From Bacteroidota bacterium (GTDB lineage Bacteria; Bacteroidota; Bacteroidia; UKL13-3): a stretch of DNA of 35,700 nt. Positions 28,306-35,700 of the stretch are shown here, in pieces (positions within the stretch are counted from its first letter, which is position 1; the number at the start of each line of letters is the position of its first letter). Location: positions 1 to 35,700 of the forward strand of contig CANKGI010000003.1 in the NCBI GenBank assembly GCA_947481365.1, given 5' to 3'. The position numbers were made by a program, and so were the translations under genes. The notes under the pieces were generated by a model. It was given only the letters and a program-made list of their open reading frames with translations. It was not told where the DNA came from and did no database searches.

Positions 28306-30495
28306 TTAAAAAGCTGTTTCTGAAATAAAGTGTAAGCGCATTAATTGAATTTCATCTTTTGAGTATTCATCACCAAATTCTTTAATAGCATCATCAAGCG
28401 AATCTACTTGTTTGCTTTTAAAATAATCCATAATTTCCTCTTCATGGTCTTCGTCAACCATATCTCGCATGTATGATTTGAGATTTAATTTTGTTCCCGA
28501 ATAGATGATATTTTCCATCTCATGTAGTAAATCTTCTTTACTAATTCCCTGGCCTCTGGCAATATCATCAAGACCAATCTTTTTGTCAACGTTGGTAATA
28601 ATTGCAATTTTTCTTGCCGATTTATTAACGACCGATTTTACAACAAAATCATCGGGACGTTCAACTCCAGTTTCATCAACATATTTTTTAATTACTTCGA
28701 TGTACTGCTTTCCGTATTTAATTGCTTTACCCTTATTAACACCCGAAACTTTACTCAGCTCTTCAATGGTTATAGGATATTTGAAAGCCATCTCTTCGAG
28801 TGAAGGATCCTGAAATATAATGTAAGGTGGAAGATTGAGTTGCTTACTTACTTTTTTGGTAAGCTCTTTCAGCATTTCAAAAAGAACTTCATCATATACA
28901 TTTTCTACCTCTACATTCGAATCATCATCATCCATAAATTTATCAAATTTCTGGTCAACAGCAATTTCAAATTTTGTGGGTTTTTTCAAAAACGCTTCAC
29001 CTTTTTCACTTAGGTTCAGTAGTCCGTAATTTTCTATATTTTTTGTAATAAATCCTTGTAGCAATAAAACCCTCAATACCGATTTCCAGTAAATCTCATC
29101 ACGGTCACTTCCTTTTCCAAACACTTCGAGTTTTTGATGCCCGTTTAAGGTAACATCATGAGATTTTTTACCGATAATAACTTCAACAGCATGTTTAAGG
29201 TTATTCTTACCGTCAAACTGTTTTACAGCTGTTAACGATAGTATAGCTGCATCTTTGGCATCTTCTTTTGCTTTAGGATGACGACAATTGTCGCACATCT
29301 TATTACACTCTTTATCATTAAATTCTTCACCAAAATAAAGCAATAAAAATTTTCTTCGGCATGCAGATGTTTCAGCAAATGCTTGTGTTTCGAATATGAG
29401 TAACTCACCAATTTCCCTTTCGGCAACTGGTTTGTCTTTCATAAATTTTTCAAGCTTATCAATATCGGCCGGATTGTAAAACAACAAACATTCTCCTTCT
29501 AAACCATCTCTCCCCGAGCGACCTGTTTCTTGATAATAACCTTCGATACTTTTTGGAACATCATAATGAATAACAAACCGAACATCTGGTTTATCGATTC
29601 CCATACCAAATGCAATTGTGGCAACTATCACATCTGCATCCTCCATCAAAAATGCATCTTGATTTGCAGCACGCGTTTTTGCATCTAGCCCGGCATGATA
29701 AGGAAGAGCCTTAATTCCGTTGGCTTTTAACACTTCGGCAATTTCTTCAACCTTTTTGCGGCTTAAACAGTAAATAATACCCGACTTATGCTTTTTGGCT
29801 TTTATAAACTGAACAATTTCTTTTATTGCATCAGCTTTTTTTCCTTTTGGTCTTATTTCGTAATAAAGATTTGAGCGATTAAATGAAGATTTGAAAACAA
29901 TCGCATCATTCATCTGCAAATTTTTCTGAATATCGCTCTGAACCTTAGGAGTTGCTGTGGCTGTGAGTGCCATCATCGGAACATCTTTAATCTCCTTAAT
30001 CATTTGCTTTATTCTGCGGTACTCAGGGCGAAAATCGTGTCCCCACTCAGAAATACAATGAGCCTCATCAACAGCAACAAATGATATATTAATGCTTTTT
30101 AGAAAATCGATGGTTTCTTCTTTCTTAAGCGTTTCGGGAGCGATATAAAGCATTTTGGTGTTTCCAAGCGAAACATCCTTCTTTACTATAGTTATATCTG
30201 TTTTCGACAGCGATGAATTGATAAAATGGGCAACATGGTTTGTGCTAAACGCCCTTATCTGATCAACTTGATTCTTCATTAAGGCAATAAGCGGTGAAAT
30301 AATGATGGCTGTTCCTGGCATAATTAAAGCAGGAAGCTGGTAACAAAGAGATTTCCCGCCACCGGTAGGCATTATAACAAACGTATCATTGCCAGATAAT
30401 AAATTATTAATAATTTTCTCCTGGTCGCCTTTAAAACTGTCAAATCCGAAAAACTCCTGGAGACAATCTTTTACACTTTTATTCGCAACATTCAT
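28306..30495 (-). CDS. recQ: ATP-dependent DNA helicase RecQ
   Basis: MPTGGGKSLCYQ, DEAHCISEWGHDFRP, TATAT and QETGRSGRDG; Zn site CRR...C...CDNC; RQC and HRDC domains plus a C-terminal extension. Confidence 0.98.
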   Translation of the reverse strand: MNVANKSVKDCLQEFFGFDSFKGDQEKIINNLLSGNDTFVIMPTGGGKSLCYQLPALIMPGTAIIISPLIALMKNQVDQIRAFSTNHVAHFINSSLSKTDITIVKKDVSLGNTKMLYIAPETLKKEETIDFLKSINISFVAVDEAHCISEWGHDFRPEYRRIKQMIKEIKDVPMMALTATATPKVQSDIQKNLQMNDAIVFKSSFNRSNLYYEIRPKGKKADAIKEIVQFIKAKKHKSGIIYCLSRKKVEEIAEVLKANGIKALPYHAGLDAKTRAANQDAFLMEDADVIVATIAFGMGIDKPDVRFVIHYDVPKSIEGYYQETGRSGRDGLEGECLLFYNPADIDKLEKFMKDKPVAEREIGELLIFETQAFAETSACRRKFLLLYFGEEFNDKECNKMCDNCRHPKAKEDAKDAAILSLTAVKQFDGKNNLKHAVEVIIGKKSHDVTLNGHQKLEVFGKGSDRDEIYWKSVLRVLLLQGFITKNIENYGLLNLSEKGEAFLKKPTKFEIAVDQKFDKFMDDDDSNVEVENVYDEVLFEMLKELTKKVSKQLNLPPYIIFQDPSLEEMAFKYPITIEELSKVSGVNKGKAIKYGKQYIEVIKKYVDETGVERPDDFVVKSVVNKSARKIAIITNVDKKIGLDDIARGQGISKEDLLHEMENIIYSGTKLNLKSYMRDMVDEDHEEEIMDYFKSKQVDSLDDAIKEFGDEYSKDEIQLMRLHFISETAF

Positions 30496-30683
30496 AACAA
30501 GTAATTAATAAGTCTGCCTGTGGTTGGTAAACTTATTGTTCAAAATTTTAAAAGGGGCACGAAGTTAATCAAAAATCGATTTTTGAAAAATTGATTTATA
30601 AAAACTTTATTTGTGCTTGAAAAGATACAAAAATTGAATTGACATTTACGTTTATTTTTTTGTATTGAAGAGGATATAAATGA

Positions 30684-31784
30684 ATGGAAAAAAATAAAAA
30701 TCATTATGCCATTATTATGGCAGGAGGCATCGGTACTAGGTTTTGGCCATATAGCCGAAGTTCTTTCCCAAAGCAATTCATCGATATTCTTGGTATCGGA
30801 AAAAGTTTGCTTCAGGTAACTTATGAGCGTTTTCTGAAAAATTTTGAGAAAGACAATATCTATATTATTGCCAATCAAGCCTATTTCGACCTGATAAAAC
30901 AGCAAATTCCGGATATTAAAGATGATTGCGTTTTGTGCGAACCGATTGCCAAAAATACTGCTGCTTGTATTGCTTATGCATCTCATAAAATTCAAAAAGC
31001 CAATACACATGCCGTTTGCGTGGTTGCTCCTTCAGATCATTTGATTATTGACGAGGATAAATTTAACGAAAACATGAACCATGCGCTTCAATATGCAAAG
31101 AAAAATGAAGCACTAATTACTTTAGGAATCAGACCAAGTCGCCCTGATACAGGCTATGGTTATATTCAGTTTATCGAAGAAAAAGATTCGACCGACAATG
31201 TGTTTAAAGTAAAAACATTTACCGAAAAACCGACCATTGAACTGGCTCAAACATTTGTTGAAAGTGGCGATTTTCTTTGGAATGCTGGTATTTTTATCTG
31301 GAGTTCATCGGCAATTAAAAACGCTTTTAAAGAGCACATGCCCGAAATGTATTCGTTGTTTAAAGATGCCTCAAAACATTTTTCTACACCTCAAGAACAA
31401 AAAGCTATTCAAGCTGTATATGAACAATGTCGCTCTATCTCTATCGATTATGGTGTGATGGAAAAAGCTTCTAATGTTTTTGTCATTCCAGCCGATTTTG
31501 GATGGTCGGATTTAGGAACGTGGACCTCTCTTTATGAAAACTCAATGCACGATGAAAACAATAATGTAATTCAAGGCAAACATGTTGTGGTTTACGACTC
31601 TAAAAATTCAATTATTGCTCAAGGAAACAAAAAGAGCAACAAATTAATCGTTGTAAAAGGGATTGATAACCTGATTATAGTTGACACACCTGATGTGCTC
31701 ATGGTTTGTAATAAAAACTTCGAGCAGGAAGTGAAAGATATGGTGATGGATATTAATTTGAAGTTTGACGAGAAATATACATGA
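30684..31784 (+). CDS. manC: Mannose-1-phosphate guanylyltransferase (no phosphomannose isomerase domain)
   Basis: IMAGGIGTRFWPYSR..PKQF, EP..KNTA, PSDH, TGYGYI, FTEKP, SIDYGVME and WSDLG motifs. Confidence 0.95.
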   Translation: MEKNKNHYAIIMAGGIGTRFWPYSRSSFPKQFIDILGIGKSLLQVTYERFLKNFEKDNIYIIANQAYFDLIKQQIPDIKDDCVLCEPIAKNTAACIAYASHKIQKANTHAVCVVAPSDHLIIDEDKFNENMNHALQYAKKNEALITLGIRPSRPDTGYGYIQFIEEKDSTDNVFKVKTFTEKPTIELAQTFVESGDFLWNAGIFIWSSSAIKNAFKEHMPEMYSLFKDASKHFSTPQEQKAIQAVYEQCRSISIDYGVMEKASNVFVIPADFGWSDLGTWTSLYENSMHDENNNVIQGKHVVVYDSKNSIIAQGNKKSNKLIVVKGIDNLIIVDTPDVLMVCNKNFEQEVKDMVMDINLKFDEKYT

Positions 31785-32689
31785 GCATTTCACCTCCATT
31801 TTTGAAACCAGGAGATAAAATTGCCATGACTGCTACGGCAAGAAAAGTATCGCGTGAAGAAATGCAACCTGCAATCGATATTTTCCAATCATGGGGACTT
31901 ACTGTTTTTTTGCCCGATGAATTATTTGAAAGCGAAAATCAATTTGCCGGCAATGATGAAACACGCACAAAAAATTTACAGAAATTATTGGATGACGAAA
32001 CCATAAAAGCTGTTTTTTGTGCTCGTGGTGGTTATGGTTCTGTTCGTATAATCGACCAACTTAACTTTTCTTTATTCACATCAAAACCCAAATGGATTGT
32101 GGGCTACAGCGATATTACTGTTTTACATAATCACATCAATAAAAATTTAAACATTCAAACTCTTCATGCAACAATGCCGATTAATATGCAACTTCACAAT
32201 GCCGATGAAGAAAGCATTTCGTCATTAAATAAATTGCTGTTTGGAGAAAGTATTTCATATCAAATAGCTTCTCATCCATTCAATAAAAAGGGTGAAGTAA
32301 AAGCAAAATTAGTTGGCGGAAACTTATCCGTTATTTATAGTTTGCTTGGTTCAAATTCGGATATTGATACCACAGGAAAAATTTTGTTCCTCGAAGATTT
32401 AGATGAATATCTTTATCATATCGACCGAATGATGATGAACTTAAAACGCAACGGCAAATTACAAAACCTCGCAGGCATTGTTATTGGCGGAATGAGCGAT
32501 ATGAAAGACAATGCCATCCCGTTTGGCAAAACTGCCGAAGAAATTATTTTCAGTCATCTTAAAGATTTTAATTATCCGATTTGTTTTGGTTTTCCAGCAG
32601 GACATGAGAAGAAAAACCTTGCGTTGAAGCTAGGTTCGGAAGTTTTACTTAAAGTCGAAAATGCATTTTCACAATTATCATTTCAATAA
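31781..32689 (+). CDS. ldcA: LD-carboxypeptidase, peptidase S66 family
   Basis: ARGGYG, GYSDIT (Ser), GGNLS, FLED (Glu) and AGH (His). ATGA overlap with manC. Confidence 0.92.
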   Translation: MSISPPFLKPGDKIAMTATARKVSREEMQPAIDIFQSWGLTVFLPDELFESENQFAGNDETRTKNLQKLLDDETIKAVFCARGGYGSVRIIDQLNFSLFTSKPKWIVGYSDITVLHNHINKNLNIQTLHATMPINMQLHNADEESISSLNKLLFGESISYQIASHPFNKKGEVKAKLVGGNLSVIYSLLGSNSDIDTTGKILFLEDLDEYLYHIDRMMMNLKRNGKLQNLAGIVIGGMSDMKDNAIPFGKTAEEIIFSHLKDFNYPICFGFPAGHEKKNLALKLGSEVLLKVENAFSQLSFQ

Positions 32690-32710
32690 AAAAATTAAAT
32701 AAAATTTACC

Positions 32711-34402
32711 ATGAGTCATAATGCGATTATAGAATGTGTGCCTAATTTTAGTGAAGGCTGCGACATGAATATCATCAAACAAATTACGGATGAAGTTGAA
32801 AAAATTGATGGCGTAAAATTATTGGATGTTGATGCCGGAAAAGCCACAAACCGAACAGTTGTAACATTCGTTGGAAATCCTGATGCAGTTATTGAAGCTG
32901 CATTTTTTGCTATTAAAAAAGCGGGCGAAATTATCGACATGAGCAAGCATAAAGGCGAGCATCCGCGCATGGGCGCAACTGATGTTTGTCCATTGATTCC
33001 TGTGAGTGGAATTAGCATGGAAGAAACAGCCGAGTATGCAAAAAAATTAGGAAAACGTGTTGGCGAAGAATTAAATATTCCGGTTTATCTTTATGAATAT
33101 GCGCAGAAAAATACCGAGCGAAATAATCTATCCATCATCAGAAATGGGGAGTATGAAGGATTTTTTGATAAGATAAAATTGCCCGAATGGAAACCAGATT
33201 TTGGTGCGGCAGTGATGAACGAAAAAGCCGGAGCAACTGTAATTGGCGCTCGCGATTTTTTAATTGCATATAATATTAATCTCAACACAAAATCTGTTCG
33301 ATTAGCAAACTCGGTTGCTTTTGATGTGCGTGAAGCTGGTCGTGTAAAACGCGAAGGAAATCCTATAACAGGAAAAATTGTGAAAGATGAAAAGGGTGAA
33401 GATGTTCGTATTCCCGGCACATTAAAAGCATGTAAAGCTATTGGTTGGTACATTGAAGAATATGGCATTGCACAAATTTCGATGAACCTGACCAACTATA
33501 AAATTACTTCGGTGCACAAAGCATTTGAAGAAGTTTGCAAGAGTGCCGATAAGCGTGGAATGAGGGTTACCGGCTCGGAGTTGGTTGGATTAATTCCGCT
33601 TGATGCCATGCTTGAAGCAGGAAAATATTTTCTACAAAAACAAAAACGTTCGCTTGGTGTGAGTGAAGAAGAGTTGATTCAAATCGCAATCAAATCTTTG
33701 GGATTAGATGAGCTTGCTCCGTTCGATCCAAACAAAAAAATCATCGAATATAAATTACGTGATGCAGCAAATGAAAAATTAATTCGCATGAATTTAATTG
33801 GCTTTGCAAACGAAACAGCTTCCGAAAGTGTAGCTCCTGGTGGTGGTTCAATTAGCGCATACATGGGCAGTTTGGGTGTGTCATTGGGAACAATGGTAGC
33901 AAATATTTCGGCAGGGAAACGTGGTTGGGAAGAGCAGGTTTCTTTCTTTAGTGATTGGGCCGAAAAAGGACAAAAACTAAAAGACGATTTATTGAAATTA
34001 GTTGATGAAGACACACGTGCTTTTGATGAAATAATGAAAGCATTTGGCTTGCCAAAAAATACCGATGAAGAAAAAAAGTTGAGAAGTGAAGCCATACAAA
34101 CTGCTACAAAATATGCTTGCGAAGTTCCATTGAGAACGATGTCGGCAGCTAGTAATGCGCTTGTTATGCTTGAACCGATGATTGAAAAAGGAAATCAGAA
34201 TTCGGTTACCGATGCAGGTGTGGGTGTGCTTTGTGTGCATGCTGCTGTGCAAGGCGCATACATGAATGTGCTGGTAAATGCAAAAGGATTGAAAGATGAA
34301 AAATTTGCCAAACACATGATTGATGAAGCGAAACAAATTTTAGCAAAAACAAATTTGAAAGCTGACGAGTTGGTAAAAAAAGTGGAGAAGGTGATTGAGT
34401 AA
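32711..34402 (+). CDS. ftcD: Bifunctional glutamate formimidoyltransferase / formimidoyltetrahydrofolate cyclodeaminase
   Basis: ECVPNFSEG, NRTVVT, GEHPRMGATDVCP and GSELVGLIP, then the cyclodeaminase domain APGGGS...DEDT..F...GNQNSVTDA. Confidence 0.96.
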   Translation: MSHNAIIECVPNFSEGCDMNIIKQITDEVEKIDGVKLLDVDAGKATNRTVVTFVGNPDAVIEAAFFAIKKAGEIIDMSKHKGEHPRMGATDVCPLIPVSGISMEETAEYAKKLGKRVGEELNIPVYLYEYAQKNTERNNLSIIRNGEYEGFFDKIKLPEWKPDFGAAVMNEKAGATVIGARDFLIAYNINLNTKSVRLANSVAFDVREAGRVKREGNPITGKIVKDEKGEDVRIPGTLKACKAIGWYIEEYGIAQISMNLTNYKITSVHKAFEEVCKSADKRGMRVTGSELVGLIPLDAMLEAGKYFLQKQKRSLGVSEEELIQIAIKSLGLDELAPFDPNKKIIEYKLRDAANEKLIRMNLIGFANETASESVAPGGGSISAYMGSLGVSLGTMVANISAGKRGWEEQVSFFSDWAEKGQKLKDDLLKLVDEDTRAFDEIMKAFGLPKNTDEEKKLRSEAIQTATKYACEVPLRTMSAASNALVMLEPMIEKGNQNSVTDAGVGVLCVHAAVQGAYMNVLVNAKGLKDEKFAKHMIDEAKQILAKTNLKADELVKKVEKVIE

Positions 34403-34409
34403 TAATTTT

Positions 34410-34472
34410 ACCACAGAGGCACAGAGAACAAAAAAAGAAAATTAAAAAACTGTGCCTTTGTATCTCTGTGGT
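34410..34472. repeat. REP-like imperfect inverted repeat, possible bidirectional terminator
   Basis: ACCACAGAGGCACAGAG (34410-34426) pairs with CTTTGTATCTCTGTGGT (34456-34472): 14 of 17 Watson-Crick, plus two G-U on the + transcript. A-rich spacer; lies between convergent genes. Confidence 0.7.
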
Positions 34473-34481
34473 TAAAAAAAC

Positions 34482-35700
34482 CTACTCGTAACAACCCATA
34501 CTCGGTGTTGATGAATTTCGGTTACGTCCTTTTAAATCATTACTCACATTTACATTTATTCCGGCAGCTTTTACAGGAGATGTATTTTGCAAATCGTAGT
34601 CGTCTTTGTTTACATCATTAAACATCGGATCTTTATTGATGATGTTTCCATGTGTATTTAAAATGACTGCAAAATCAGTTGTCTTAATCAAACAGTTTTG
34701 AAAACTCTGATGTCCTGTAGTGTTTCCTCCCGTTGCATTATTATTTAGCGTTAACTCCTCATCCTGATTTCCGTAAATAATATTATTAATAAGCGTTGCA
34801 TTAAGCGGAAAAGCTGCTATGGTATTTCCATTGATGTCTGTAAACGGAGAATTATCGAGTACAAAAGTTCGTGTTGTGCGACTAAACGTATTTCCAAAAG
34901 TTGCAAATGTGTTGTGATATAAAAAATAATCTCCACCCAACACTCCATAAAAAGTAAACTGTCCGCAATTGCTCACCAAATTATTTATACCAACCAATCT
35001 CGATGAAAAAGCAGCAATACCAATGGCATACATATTTTGAATTTTACTTTGCGAAATAACCAATTTAGGATTTTGATTGAGCGATGCCGAATCGAGTTCA
35101 ATGCCTACCAACCCATTTTTAATTACTGCGCCTTTAATCACATTATCTTTGCTATCAGGAAAAAATCGTATGCCAATCCATTGTCCAGGAGTTTCGGTAT
35201 AATCAGGCTCCATGCGGTCGCCTTCAAAAATCACTGGATTATCTGATGTTCCATTTACAATCAAAGTACCTGCCACCAAAAAGCATGATTTGGTGTGCGA
35301 ATAAATATGCGTTCCTGCATCAATAGTGAGGGTGCAACCACTGGGAACTAGAATTGAATCATAAATTACATAAGGCAAATCTGCTGTCCAGTGCAAATTA
35401 TTTGTTGCACAATCTAACACCTGATTGCGTAAGTAATTTGCCTTTCGGGCATATCCTGCAATATTTACCAATTGCATGTTTCCGTTCGTAGTAAAATCTA
35501 TTTCATCAAAAACAATAAAAGGTTTTTTAGGGTCGATTGAGCCATTCGAATCAACATACATTTGTACAAAAATGATGATGCTGTCTTTTCCTCTTATCAT
35601 TTTATTAACACCAGTATTTCCTGGCTTTCCGTCAATATTCAGTTTAAAAATTCCCCAAATATTTCCTTTCAATGCGATGTTCACATTTACTGCATCAGCA
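34482..35700 (-). CDS. Conserved Bacteroidota hypothetical protein with right-handed beta-helix region (5' end outside the window)
   Basis: The frame stays open past the GTG at 35684 to the window edge (ADAVN). Contains WTADLPYVI...TLTIDAGT...GTLIVNGTSDNPVIFEG...GQWIGI, Asn-rich beta-helix repeats and a C-terminal DPMF...DYDL..SP...DLKGRNR...MGCYE (choice-of-anchor-Q-like). Confidence 0.8.
   Translation of the reverse strand, partial: ADAVNVNIALKGNIWGIFKLNIDGKPGNTGVNKMIRGKDSIIIFVQMYVDSNGSIDPKKPFIVFDEIDFTTNGNMQLVNIAGYARKANYLRNQVLDCATNNLHWTADLPYVIYDSILVPSGCTLTIDAGTHIYSHTKSCFLVAGTLIVNGTSDNPVIFEGDRMEPDYTETPGQWIGIRFFPDSKDNVIKGAVIKNGLVGIELDSASLNQNPKLVISQSKIQNMYAIGIAAFSSRLVGINNLVSNCGQFTFYGVLGGDYFLYHNTFATFGNTFSRTTRTFVLDNSPFTDINGNTIAAFPLNATLINNIIYGNQDEELTLNNNATGGNTTGHQSFQNCLIKTTDFAVILNTHGNIINKDPMFNDVNKDDYDLQNTSPVKAAGINVNVSNDLKGRNRNSSTPSMGCYE

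Noticed and set aside
30540-31010. 156-aa minus-strand ORF upstream of recQ
   Set aside because: Mostly antisense to manC, with no motifs and low-complexity F/I/N composition.
32716-34336. Four minus-strand ORFs of 100-138 aa
   Set aside because: Antisense shadows of ftcD.
35682-35684. GTG start for the last gene
   Set aside because: The frame stays open to the window edge and no signal peptide is present, so the true start lies outside the window.
1-35700. CRISPR arrays, tRNA/rRNA genes, transposases, integrases or prophage genes
   Set aside because: No regularly spaced repeats, cloverleaf or rRNA-like sequence, or mobility-gene motifs were seen; nearly all sequence is accounted for by CDSs.

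Overview
AT-rich bacterial DNA, almost certainly Bacteroidota (T9SS C-terminal sorting domain, TAnnTTTG promoter boxes, Bacteroidota-type RecQ and FtcD). About 24.5 kb (1783-26288) is a cell-surface glycan locus in three blocks. Block 1 (+): GT4, GT4, O-antigen ligase/Wzy-like protein, WcaJ-type priming transferase and a two-domain GT2. Block 2 (-): MBOAT, SGNH, MBOAT, AlgJ-like, GT2, Wzm, Wzt, DUF268 methyltransferase-like, GT11 fucosyltransferase and two GT2s. Block 3 (+): AlgJ-like, two tandem paralogous uncharacterised polytopic membrane proteins with GT-C-like features, and a third MBOAT. To the left lie a T9SS-secreted beta-propeller protein and a GC-rich, highly structured non-coding element. 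To the right lie housekeeping genes (kup, recQ, manC, LD-carboxypeptidase, ftcD), a REP-like palindrome and a conserved hypothetical gene cut by the window edge. The strongest novelty candidates are the divergent triple MBOAT/SGNH acylation island with embedded GT-C-like paralogues, the Wzt-C/DUF268/GT11 module, and the pseudoknot-capable element at 36-225. All family calls come from motif recognition by eye; no searches were run.
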